From: a bacterium
Lineage (GTDB): Bacteria > Patescibacteriota > Minisyncoccia > Phycocordibacterales > Phycocordibacteraceae
Reading direction: 5' to 3'
Assembly: GCA_037200965.1 (NCBI GenBank)
Contig: JBBCGK010000001.1
Location: 608,001-672,000 of the forward strand
Length of the DNA: 64,000 bases
In this document: positions 29,170-38,115 of the stretch, one piece after another
How positions within the stretch are numbered: the first letter of the stretch is position 1
How the letters are laid out: each line of letters starts with the position of its first letter
Position numbers and translations under genes: made by a program
Notes under the pieces: generated by a model
Seen by the model: the letters and a program-made list of their open reading frames with translations, nothing else
The model's database searches: none
What the model was told of the DNA's origin: nothing

Positions 29170-30318
29170 ATGGCTTGCGAAACGAACGAAGTGCCGCAGG
29201 AAGTGACCGCGATCGATCGTTGGATTGACCACGTATTGCACGGAGAAAAGGATACTGCGATTCCAACGTTACTTGGTCGGGAAGTTCCACCTCTTTTGTC
29301 GTGGATAGTGCGGGGCGGATGCGCGATACAGTGCCGCCACTGCATCTTTCCTCACGAAGGCCCGAAAACCTTCGGCGTGCAAACGGGCGAGGAAGCGCTT
29401 CTCGGCATTCTCCGCCAGTTGTCCGGTTCGCGCCACCTCATTCACGAAGGAAGGCAGCTACTTCCGTGGCAGGTACCGATCTTGGCGGCTGCAGGCCGCG
29501 CAGGACACGGAGTATCGCTTATCAATAACGGACAATATGCAGCGCCGAATATGCTGGCGCTATGCGAGCGAGAGGGGCTCGCAATCGACGCGCTTGACGT
29601 GTCGGTCGACGGTACGAAAGATATCCACAATGGACAGCGCGCGAGCAATAATGCCTGGGACATCGCAATGAAAGGGATTGTGCATGCCAAGCACATACTC
29701 AAGACCGATGGCAAACTTACTTCTCTCTTCACGCTCACCACGCTCAATCACGCGCACTTAGCCGAAACGGGAGAGATGCTCACGCAGGTGGTCGATGAAT
29801 GGCACGTGACGACGATGTCGTTACGGCCGGGGATCGAGCACCTGCGGGCAGGCGATCGCGAACTCGCCTTAGCGCTTGAACAATTGCTCGGCGGCAACTT
29901 CGCGAAACCAGTGTTCCTGCGTACCTATTCTCTCGACGATTTTGTCGCTCTGCTTGGAATTCTCGGAAAAGAAACGGCAAATAGGGTTCTCAGGAACGCG
30001 CTGGTGACTTATAACGCCATCGTACTCGATATCGGAATACCCCTGTACTTCTATCCTAAGTCCCTGCAGGTGAATGAAACGTTAGTGATCGACGCGGATG
30101 GGTGGTGGCGTCTGCCGTTTTGCATCCATCACTCGCTTGCGGAACTGCGGGCGGGAGAGGATGAGATGGGCAAGGATATTTCGCATTTCAATGTCGTCCC
30201 GGTACTGCCGTGCGTGGATGTCCCAACTCTCCATGCCAAGGCCGCATCGAGATGGTGGGTCAGTATAGGCCGGGATTGTTTATCGCTTGAGCGCCAGGCG
30301 CTCGAAGCGTTTCTCTAA
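29170..30318 (+). CDS. radical SAM protein (CAIQCRHC)
   Basis: CxxxCxxC motif GGCAIQCRHCIFP ~60 residues from the N-terminus; 382 aa; AT-rich promoter region upstream. Confidence 0.65.
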   Translation: MACETNEVPQEVTAIDRWIDHVLHGEKDTAIPTLLGREVPPLLSWIVRGGCAIQCRHCIFPHEGPKTFGVQTGEEALLGILRQLSGSRHLIHEGRQLLPWQVPILAAAGRAGHGVSLINNGQYAAPNMLALCEREGLAIDALDVSVDGTKDIHNGQRASNNAWDIAMKGIVHAKHILKTDGKLTSLFTLTTLNHAHLAETGEMLTQVVDEWHVTTMSLRPGIEHLRAGDRELALALEQLLGGNFAKPVFLRTYSLDDFVALLGILGKETANRVLRNALVTYNAIVLDIGIPLYFYPKSLQVNETLVIDADGWWRLPFCIHHSLAELRAGEDEMGKDISHFNVVPVLPCVDVPTLHAKAASRWWVSIGRDCLSLERQALEAFL

Positions 30319-30341
30319 CAACCGGAAAGGAGGTGAAAACT

Positions 30342-30461
30342 ATGTCCGGAGCCAATACCGGTTCCGCTGGCGTGGATGCGAAAGCACGTCCGCCAGTGCA
30401 ATCGTCAGGGGCGAATACCGGTTCGACGGGCGTAACGACGCCGCGTTTGCCGCGTAAGTAG
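30342..30461 (+). CDS. 39-aa repeat-containing peptide ORF immediately downstream of the radical SAM gene (candidate precursor peptide)
   Basis: Perfect SD AAAGGAGG 8 nt before ATG, 23 nt after the rSAM stop. MSGANTGSAGVDAKARPPVQSSGANTGSTGVTTPRLPRK carries SGANTGS(A/T)GV twice. Confidence 0.35.
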   Translation: MSGANTGSAGVDAKARPPVQSSGANTGSTGVTTPRLPRK

Positions 30462-30471
30462 CCTCGGTGAC

Positions 30472-30520
30472 TACAGAGAGCCCGTTCACGCTTTTGATTC
30501 GCGTGGGCGGGCTCTTCTCT
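30472..30520 (+). terminator. structured hairpin with T-rich tail after the peptide ORF
   Basis: gagagcccg...cgggctctt followed by ctcttttat. Confidence 0.35.
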
Positions 30521-30738
30521 TTTATACACTAAATGTGATTCTCGATGTTTCTTTAGAATCGATCGGTCGCCGTTCGCGTAGCCGAGACGGGTCTAACAAT
30601 CGAACGATAGCGGCGCAATGCTCAAGTCTCTTGCGGCTGAATGTTTTCAGCGATTGAAGCATTGAGAGACTAAACAGATTACTCTATTCATAAAGACGCA
30701 TATACCACCTCGTAAAGTCACCCAATACCGCTTTGGTA

Positions 30739-31554
30739 TCAACGACGAATATGAAAATCCTTGGATATACGGCGTTTCCACGCGGCGGCTTTCCCAGGGT
30801 CTTTAGCAATTTTTACCTTTGATGTAACTTCGTGATCTAACTTCTTCAACTTATCCTTGGCGCGCTCAAGGTCGGTTTCCGTTTTAAAGAGAAGTTCGAC
30901 TGCCTTTCGAGCTTTGGGATTAAAACGCACTTCAATCACCCATTCGTGGATTACGGCAATAAACACTTCTTGACGAACTTTCGGCGAGTACGATACCTCA
31001 ACGTTAGAGAATGCGAGCTCCCGGGTTGCGAGCTTGTCGAGCGCCGAAGAGGAGCCGATGAGAAGATAGGCTCTTCTTCCTTTTGCTCCAAGGAGCATAT
31101 CGTGGCTTTTGTCGCTATCGCCACGCAGTACACTCGACCAATTATGCGGATTAAAGAGGTAAAGGTGCTGGCGGTGAGGAACACCCTTTTCAATTACTGA
31201 AAACAGATGGGACCATATCCGATCCATAGCAGTAAGACCATGAATGGTAAGCGTGATCTCTTCTCCGCGTTCAAGCTGACTGAAGTCGCCGAGGATGGAA
31301 CTGTTTTTATATTCGACAAGCTGGCGAAGCTGCTTTAACCAATGTTCGCTTACCGATACGGCAGAACGGTAGACGATAACCTTCTCTTGCGCTCTCAGCT
31401 TTCTAAGCGCCCTATAAAAACCCTGCTTCGTGCAGGCGTGCTTCCTCCTCAGGCCTTTAAGGAGCTCAGTAGTCGTAACCGCTCCTTTTTGAAGTACAAA
31501 AGTAAGGACTGAATCTTCAAGGCGGCTGCCTAACAGTTGCATAGCAGTAAACAA
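30739..31554 (-). CDS. TrmB-like HTH regulator (paralogue 5, more divergent)
   Basis: N-terminal wHTH LTFVLQKGAVTTTELLKGLRRK... with a C-terminal TrmB-like effector domain. Confidence 0.45.
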   Translation of the reverse strand: MFTAMQLLGSRLEDSVLTFVLQKGAVTTTELLKGLRRKHACTKQGFYRALRKLRAQEKVIVYRSAVSVSEHWLKQLRQLVEYKNSSILGDFSQLERGEEITLTIHGLTAMDRIWSHLFSVIEKGVPHRQHLYLFNPHNWSSVLRGDSDKSHDMLLGAKGRRAYLLIGSSSALDKLATRELAFSNVEVSYSPKVRQEVFIAVIHEWVIEVRFNPKARKAVELLFKTETDLERAKDKLKKLDHEVTSKVKIAKDPGKAAAWKRRISKDFHIRR

Positions 31555-31643
31555 CCCGTTTACTATACACCCATTTTGGCCCAGATGCTTGAGCTTGGCA
31601 AAAGGCGGGTTCTAAATGTACGCGGACGGAAGAACCGTTCTCT

Positions 31644-32081
31644 TTGGAGGAACGAACTATGTGTTTTTGTGGCTATGATCCGAAAATGGGCGAGAGCGTC
31701 CGGGTGTTTGCTGAGGGGTTGAATCGATCCCTCAGCGCCAAGGCCGAGCGTCTCGGTCTTACCATGTCCGCGCAGATGCAATCGGAAGCGCTCGAGCTGA
31801 ACGCGCTGATCGAACTCCTGAACCAGAAGCTCGCGAACTCGGAAGACTCTCGACGACATGAGCTGGAAGGACTGCTCGGCATCGTGTACCTCATTCGTGC
31901 TCTTATGCAGCCGGAACGAAACGAGATATCCGTTCGCAGCGACTTCGAACTCTCAGTTCGCACGCGGGCAGTTCGACTGGACGAGAGCATGATTCGCTTC
32001 GAACAAATCTTCGAATCCGACCAGGGTGATTTTCTCAGCGAGCGGCTTCGTCGTGCGGTTGCTGCCGCAATTGAGGCTTAA
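31644..32081 (+). CDS. hypothetical protein
   Basis: 145-aa ORF at the distal end of the island. Confidence 0.35.
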   Translation: MEERTMCFCGYDPKMGESVRVFAEGLNRSLSAKAERLGLTMSAQMQSEALELNALIELLNQKLANSEDSRRHELEGLLGIVYLIRALMQPERNEISVRSDFELSVRTRAVRLDESMIRFEQIFESDQGDFLSERLRRAVAAAIEA

Positions 32082-32202
32082 TTTCAGCCTGTCCCTTCTT
32101 GAGAACCCACGTTCTTCTGCTGCTATGCGGTGGAGAACGGAGGGTTCTTCTTTTCGTTTTGGGTTCCGACAGCGCCTGCAGGCTCGCTGAGCTTTACTGG
32201 TT

Positions 32203-32559
32203 CTACAAACGCGCCCGAATCCTCTCCGCATTCCCCTCGAAATCCATTTTGTCCCCTTCCGCTTGGCCCGGGAATATCCAGACATGGGCATGCGCCACTT
32301 CCTCGCCGACGCTCTTCGAGATAATCCAATCGGTATTGAAAGCCTTTTGCTGCGCTCTCGCGACTTTCCGGACAACTTCGAAATAGCGGCCGATGTCGGG
32401 AACGTCCCATATCCAGCGGTAGTGCTGTTTCGGTATGACCTGCACGTGGCCTGGCGTTTCCGGATGGATATCGATAAACGCGAGGAAGAAATCGTCCTCA
32501 TATACCTTGTATGAAGGAATCTCGCCCCGGACGAGCTTGCAGAACACGCAGTCTTCCAT
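32203..32559 (-). CDS. HIT-family hydrolase (paralogue B)
   Basis: HAHVWIFP histidine triad; start MEDCVFCKLV at 32559 (the 176-aa ORF is over-extended). Confidence 0.7.
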   Translation of the reverse strand: MEDCVFCKLVRGEIPSYKVYEDDFFLAFIDIHPETPGHVQVIPKQHYRWIWDVPDIGRYFEVVRKVARAQQKAFNTDWIISKSVGEEVAHAHVWIFPGQAEGDKMDFEGNAERIRARL

Positions 32560-32605
32560 GAAGGAAATATAGCGCACGGAGGAATTCTGGTACAATCCAC
32601 CAACG

Positions 32606-34336
32606 ATGTTTCCGCTCCATGGTCCTTTGGACGAACGAATACGGGAAATACTCTCCGAGTATGACGACCTGACCGCCGCGCTGCTCTCGCGCAGGGGCAT
32701 TACGACCAAGAAAGAGGCCGAAACCTTCCTCAACCCGAGCTATGAGGAGCATCTCCACGATCCGCTCCTTATAAAGAACATGCCGGGGGCGGCGAAGATG
32801 CTTGCGGAAGCGATTGCCTCGGGCGAGCGCATCTGCGTATGGAGCGATTATGACTGCGACGGCATTCCGGGCGGCGTCCTTCTCCATGATTTCCTCAAGA
32901 AAGCGGGCGCGAACTTCGAGAACTATATCCCGCACCGGCATGACGAAGGATACGGGCTCAATATTCCGGGGCTCGAGAAGCTTGCGGGGAGCGGCGTGAA
33001 GCTCGTCGTGACGGTCGATTCCGGCATCACGGATGTCGAACAGGTCGCGCGCGCGAAAGAGCTCGGCATGAAAGTCATCGTGACCGACCACCACCTGCCG
33101 GGCCCCGCGCTTCCTCCGGCTGATTTCGTTATCGACCAGAAGCAGGAAGGAGAAACGTCGCCGTACCAGGAACTGTGCGGCGCGGGAGTCGCGTGGAAAC
33201 TCGCCTGCGCGACGCTTGCGGTCGCTCCCGGGCTTCGGGAGAAGATTCCTGTCGGCTGGGAGAAGTGGCTTCTCGATATGGCGGGGCTCGCGACGATCGC
33301 CGACATGGTTCCGCTTACGGGCGAGAACCGGGTTATCGCGAAATACGGACTCCTGGTCATGCGAAAATCGCCGCGCATTGGCCTGCAAAGACTTTGCCGC
33401 GTCGCCCGCGTCGAGCAGCGCTCGATCACCGAAGGCGATGTGGCGTTCATGCTCGCGCCGAGGATAAACGCGGCGTCGAGAATGCTCGATCCGCGCGACG
33501 CGTTCGACCTTCTCACGACAAGCGATGAGATAGAGGCGGACGAGCTCGCGAAGAAGCTCGAGAAAGCGAACCGGGCACGTCGCGCGTCCGCCGGAGCGAT
33601 AACGCGGGAGGTGCACGACCGGATTGACGAGCGCCTTTCGGTGCCGGACGCCGAACTCCCTGCCGTGATCGCGATCGGGAATCCTTCGTGGCGCCCGGCC
33701 CTTCTGGGGCTCGTCGCAAGCGGCGTCGTCGAGGAGTACGCGCGCCCGGTATTTCTTTGGGGGAGGGAAGCGGACGGCCGCCTCAAGGGTTCGTGCCGCA
33801 CGGACGGGACGGTGAACGTGGTCGAGCTCATGGAAGCCGCGAAGGATACCTTCGTCGAATTCGGCGGCCATGCCGCGTCCGGCGGATTCACCGTCCGCGA
33901 CGACGCGGTTTTTTATCTTGAGGAACGCCTTTCGGAAGCGAAATCGAAACTGAAGTCCGCGGAAAGTGCCGACGCGTTCTCGCACGCGGACGCCGAGATC
34001 GCTCCGCATGAAGTCACGGCAGCCCTTCTGTCGAAATTAGAGAAGCTCGCGCCCTTCGGAGAGGGAAACCCAAAACCGCTCTTCCATTTCCGCGACGTGC
34101 TCCTTGACGAAGCGTCGCGCTTCGGGAAAGGAGAGGAGCACCTGCGCCTCCTTATCATGAGCGACGGCTTCAAGCCGCTCGAAGCGATCTGTTTCTTCGC
34201 GAAGCGCGAACTTGGGGCGAAGTGCTTCGAGTTTTCGGAAGGGGACCGCGTGCATGTGCTCGCGCATCTCGAGCGAAATCAGTTTTCGAAATACGGTTCC
34301 GTGCGGCTGCGGTTGGTTGACGTAAAGAGGGTTTAA
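32606..34336 (+). CDS. recJ: single-stranded-DNA-specific exonuclease RecJ
   Basis: DHH motifs (DYDCDG, VTVDSG, VTDHH) and DHHA1 domain; 576 aa. Confidence 0.85.
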   Translation: MFPLHGPLDERIREILSEYDDLTAALLSRRGITTKKEAETFLNPSYEEHLHDPLLIKNMPGAAKMLAEAIASGERICVWSDYDCDGIPGGVLLHDFLKKAGANFENYIPHRHDEGYGLNIPGLEKLAGSGVKLVVTVDSGITDVEQVARAKELGMKVIVTDHHLPGPALPPADFVIDQKQEGETSPYQELCGAGVAWKLACATLAVAPGLREKIPVGWEKWLLDMAGLATIADMVPLTGENRVIAKYGLLVMRKSPRIGLQRLCRVARVEQRSITEGDVAFMLAPRINAASRMLDPRDAFDLLTTSDEIEADELAKKLEKANRARRASAGAITREVHDRIDERLSVPDAELPAVIAIGNPSWRPALLGLVASGVVEEYARPVFLWGREADGRLKGSCRTDGTVNVVELMEAAKDTFVEFGGHAASGGFTVRDDAVFYLEERLSEAKSKLKSAESADAFSHADAEIAPHEVTAALLSKLEKLAPFGEGNPKPLFHFRDVLLDEASRFGKGEEHLRLLIMSDGFKPLEAICFFAKRELGAKCFEFSEGDRVHVLAHLERNQFSKYGSVRLRLVDVKRV

Positions 34337-34379
34337 TGATTATATATAAATATCCCCTACAGTAACGGAGGAATGAGGG

Positions 34380-34763
34380 ATGAGTGCAGGAACCAATGAA
34401 CATTTGCTGATCATCAGACAGTACCCGGGGCTTGCGAGCCTGATCAATGACATCAAGAATCCCGCGAAAGGACGTGCGCCGCTTCAGTTCGAAGGCATTA
34501 AACCCGGAGAGAAGCGTATCCAGACTTATCCGCCCCATGTGCTGCGGCTGCTCCAACTTGCGGCCGCGACAAAACAGGCGGCGGATCGCGATCCGCCGCA
34601 AACAATGGCGGCCCGGCTGCACATTGAAAGTGACATCCACTTTTATCTGGCGTGGGCCGAAAAAGAAATGTTGTGGTACGTCGGCGATGAAGTCTTAAAT
34701 CGCTGGTGTTCTCCCAGATTCCACGACAACGGCCTGGTTGGAGTACCAGTGGCCAAATCATAA
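34380..34763 (+). CDS. hypothetical protein
   Basis: GGAGGAATGAGGG SD before ATG. Confidence 0.35.
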   Translation: MSAGTNEHLLIIRQYPGLASLINDIKNPAKGRAPLQFEGIKPGEKRIQTYPPHVLRLLQLAAATKQAADRDPPQTMAARLHIESDIHFYLAWAEKEMLWYVGDEVLNRWCSPRFHDNGLVGVPVAKS

Positions 34764-34866
34764 ACAAAATAGCTCCTCCGGATGCGGGTGTTTTCAAGGG
34801 AAGTTTCTATGGGTCGGGAGCCAAACGGTTTCCGGCTCTTACCTTTTATATTGCTATACTCGTCTC

Positions 34867-35286
34867 ATGCGGTTCACTATCCACGCCGACGGCGGCTCGA
34901 GAGGAAATCCGGGTCCGGCCGGTGCCGGAGCGGTCATCCGCGATGAAGGCGGGTCTACCGTCGCGGTCGTTTCGAAGTTCCTGGGGGTGCAGACCAACAA
35001 CTTCGCCGAGTACGAAGCGGTCATAGCGGCGCTCGACGTACTGCTTTCACGCGTCCCGGAAGAAGAACGCAGGGGCGTGCGGGTACTGATAAAAATGGAC
35101 AGCCAGCTCGTGGTGAAACAAATGCGGGGCGAATACAAAGTGAAGCATCCCAATATCAAGCCGCAGTATGCCCGCCTTTCGGAGCGGGCGGCCAAATTCG
35201 GGTCCGTGACGTTCACGCACGTATATCGGGAAGAGAATGGCGACGCGGACGCGCTCGCGAACGAGGCGATGGATAGGGGTGCTTGA
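34867..35286 (+). CDS. rnhA: ribonuclease HI
   Basis: MRFTIHADGGSRGNPGPAGAG..., FAEYEA..., DSQLVVKQ, NGDADALAN. Confidence 0.8.
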   Translation: MRFTIHADGGSRGNPGPAGAGAVIRDEGGSTVAVVSKFLGVQTNNFAEYEAVIAALDVLLSRVPEEERRGVRVLIKMDSQLVVKQMRGEYKVKHPNIKPQYARLSERAAKFGSVTFTHVYREENGDADALANEAMDRGA

Positions 35287-35337
35287 TCGGTATATCAAAA
35301 TATAAATATTTGATATGCGTCCGGCTACGATCCGGAT

Positions 35338-36831
35338 GTGATCATTCTTCTTGTCGTATCGGGCGGACTTGCAGGCGGCATATTTCTCCGGTCGTTCGCT
35401 GTGTTTGGCTGGCCCCCGTATGTCTTCGCGCTCCTGCTTGCGCTTATCGGAGCGGCCGCTTGGCGGGTAGCGGGCCGGAAGGAGTATCTTCTGTTCGTTC
35501 TGTTTCTTGCGTGCGCCGTACTGGGAGCGTGGCGGTTCTCGATCGCCGAAAAGCCGCTGCCTCCTTCGTTCCTCGCTCAGGTCGGACAGCGCGTACAGTT
35601 TGAAGGCATTGTTGCGTCCGATCCGGACGTGCGCGAAGCGAACCAGCGCGTGATAATCGACGTAGAGCAGGGCGGGGAGAAGACGCGGGTGCTCGCGGTC
35701 GCGAGCCGCTACAGCAAAGTCGGCGTCGGAGACAAGGTGGAAGTATCCGGAACGCTCGCGCTTCCCGAACCGTTCAGTACCGATACTGACGGCGGCCGCA
35801 TGTTCCGGTACGACAAGTTTCTCGAGAAAGACGGGATCAGGTTCCTTTCGGATTTCGCCTCGGTTGCTGTCATAGACCCGGCACCGTGGTACCACCCGTC
35901 CGCGCTTCTCGCGAACACCAAGCACGCCTTCATTGATGGACTTGGCCGGGCGATACCCGAACCGTATGCGACGCTCGCGGCCGGTCTTATCGTCGGCGGA
36001 AAACAGGGCCTTGGGAAAGAGCTGCTCGAAGCCTTCATTCTTTCCGGTCTCGTGCCGATCGTCGTGCTTTCCGGATACAACGTGATGATCGTGGCCGAAG
36101 GAATCATGCGCGCCTTGAAAACGATGCGAGTGCCGTCCCGCGCGTCCGCAATTGCGGGAGCTGTCGCGGTTTTATTGTTCGTACTTATGGCCGGCGCCGG
36201 TTCCGCGAGCATCCGCGCGGGACTCATGGCGCTCATCGCGCTCTATGCCCGGGCTACGGGCCGGTCATACGCGGCGGGGCGCGCACTAATCGTTGTCGCG
36301 ATCCTTATGGTTCTATGGAATCCGTATCTTCTCGCGTTCGACCCTGGCTTCGGGCTTTCGATCGCCGCGACCGCAGGGCTTATCTGGCTCTCGCCGCTGA
36401 TCGAGCTTCGGCTTATATGGATTGCGAGTGATTTCTGTCGAAGCATGCTCGCGACGACGCTCGCCGCGCAGGCCGCGGTCTTGCCACTCCTCCTCTATGA
36501 AACGGGAATGCTCTCGCTTGTCGCGATTCCGGCGAATCTTGTCGTGCTGCCGATGATTCCCCTAGCGATGGCCGCCTCCGCGGTCGCAGCCGTTTCCGGC
36601 ATGTTTCTTGGCGTCTTGGCACCGGTCTTCGCGTTTCCCGCGTATCTTCTGAATGCTTATATCGTCGAGGTCGCACGGTTCTCTTCCGGGCTTCCTTTGG
36701 CCGCGCTCCATATTCCACCGTTTCCTCTCTGGCTTATGGTACTTGCGTATGCCGTTCTGATTTTGTTCGCCCGGTACATATGCAAAGCCCCCGTGGGCGT
36801 GTACGCCCGCGGAGCCTTATCCGCTCCTTGA
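35338..36831 (+). CDS. comEC: ComEC/Rec2 competence channel protein (DUF4131 + competence domain, no MBL domain)
   Basis: Polytopic membrane protein with an OB-like region between TM segments; typical ComEC core. Confidence 0.8.
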   Translation: MIILLVVSGGLAGGIFLRSFAVFGWPPYVFALLLALIGAAAWRVAGRKEYLLFVLFLACAVLGAWRFSIAEKPLPPSFLAQVGQRVQFEGIVASDPDVREANQRVIIDVEQGGEKTRVLAVASRYSKVGVGDKVEVSGTLALPEPFSTDTDGGRMFRYDKFLEKDGIRFLSDFASVAVIDPAPWYHPSALLANTKHAFIDGLGRAIPEPYATLAAGLIVGGKQGLGKELLEAFILSGLVPIVVLSGYNVMIVAEGIMRALKTMRVPSRASAIAGAVAVLLFVLMAGAGSASIRAGLMALIALYARATGRSYAAGRALIVVAILMVLWNPYLLAFDPGFGLSIAATAGLIWLSPLIELRLIWIASDFCRSMLATTLAAQAAVLPLLLYETGMLSLVAIPANLVVLPMIPLAMAASAVAAVSGMFLGVLAPVFAFPAYLLNAYIVEVARFSSGLPLAALHIPPFPLWLMVLAYAVLILFARYICKAPVGVYARGALSAP

Positions 36832-36836
36832 TTTTG

Positions 36837-37430
36837 TCACCGCGCCGCGTCCGTAAAGCGCTTCTCGATAACCGCCCAGTTGAGATTTTCGAAAAAGGCG
36901 TCGATGTAGCTTTTCTTTTCCGCCGGAACATAGTCCACCATATACGCGTGTTCCCAGAGGTCGAGCGCGACGATGACCGGAAGCCCCGACAACTGACCGA
37001 GCTCGTGGTCGCCGACGAAGGTCGTATGGAGCTTCTTTGCGGCGGGATCGAAATACACGACGACCCAGCCGATGCCGCGCGTGGCGGCGACCGCTTTCAT
37101 GGTTCCGGCGATTCCGGCTTCCCCGTACTGCTCGAGCGCGAGTTTCGAGAGCGCGCTCCCTTCGTCCGGGGCGCATGGCTTTTCTTCGAACTGGCTGAAA
37201 TAGTATTCGTGCATGCGCATGCCGTCGAACTCGAACGCGAAGCGGCGGCGCATCTCCGCTACGGCGTACTTGCCGCCTTCATCGTCCGTCTTCTGGTATG
37301 CGGCGATCATGTCCGTGATCAGATTCGCATGCTTTACATACCCCTCGTACAAGGCGAGGTGTACCTTGACCTGCTTTTCCGATATTCCCTTAAGCGCCGG
37401 AAGATCGAATTGTTTTGCGGTGTATGGCAT
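36837..37430 (-). CDS. Fe/Mn superoxide dismutase
   Basis: MPYTAKQFDLPAL start, ...HH...W and DLWEHAYMVDY motifs. Confidence 0.85.
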   Translation of the reverse strand: MPYTAKQFDLPALKGISEKQVKVHLALYEGYVKHANLITDMIAAYQKTDDEGGKYAVAEMRRRFAFEFDGMRMHEYYFSQFEEKPCAPDEGSALSKLALEQYGEAGIAGTMKAVAATRGIGWVVVYFDPAAKKLHTTFVGDHELGQLSGLPVIVALDLWEHAYMVDYVPAEKKSYIDAFFENLNWAVIEKRFTDAAR

Positions 37431-37805
37431 ATGGGGAGAGTCTAGCACGGAGGGCTGCTAAATATTTGGTGAAAGAAGGACCTTGCGCAGGATACCGATT
37501 GTGGGAGAATGAGGCACAAGCTAAAGATACCTATAACCTATGGAAACTATGCCAAATCAGGGGTCTCGAGATGAGAAGTTGACCGCCGAAGACGAAGCTG
37601 TCGCCAAGAAACTCCTCGCAGAAAGCGAGGCCGATATCCATCAGCGCGCGCTTGAAGCCGTGGAGTCAAATGCAAAGCTCGCCTATGACCGGGAAACGGG
37701 CACGATAATTAATCCCGAGGCTAAGCTCGGATAATTTGCACTTGCGGTAAATTGTAAAGGGCACCACAGCGGGTGCCCTTTGCCTTTTCTGAGGAGGCGT
37801 TGTGT

Positions 37806-38024
37806 TCAATGCAACGTCGGCGTTTCGCTGTGCGACAGGGCTTCGAGATGATTTTCACGAGCGCCGTCCCTCATGGCGCGAAGCATGGTGGCCATTTTCC
37901 CCGTGTTAAGGCCGCAGTACGCAGAAAGCTTTGCAAACGTCTGCGGCCCGGGGTAATAATCTCGGAGAATTTCCTCGAGTTGCCGATCCTGGGCGGCAAG
38001 CTTTTCGTTTTGTGCCGTATCCAT
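37806..38024 (-). CDS. hypothetical small protein
   Basis: GGAAGGG SD 6 nt before ATG; 72 aa. Confidence 0.3.
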   Translation of the reverse strand: MDTAQNEKLAAQDRQLEEILRDYYPGPQTFAKLSAYCGLNTGKMATMLRAMRDGARENHLEALSHSETPTLH

Positions 38025-38115
38025 GAGCTACCCTTCCCATTCATTAACCCGAGTTACCATACCACAGTATGATTAGAAGCGCAGGTTTTCCGCTTTATAA
38101 CCCTATACTGAGCGT

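Noticed and set aside
30260-30529. 89-aa minus-strand ORF overlapping the candidate precursor peptide
   Set aside because: No RBS and an R/P/G-rich translation. The plus-strand 39-aa ORF has a perfect SD and a terminator.
37540-37734. 64-aa plus-strand ORF upstream of the sod promoter region
   Set aside because: No SD. The convergent minus-strand ORF 37806..38024 has a better start context.
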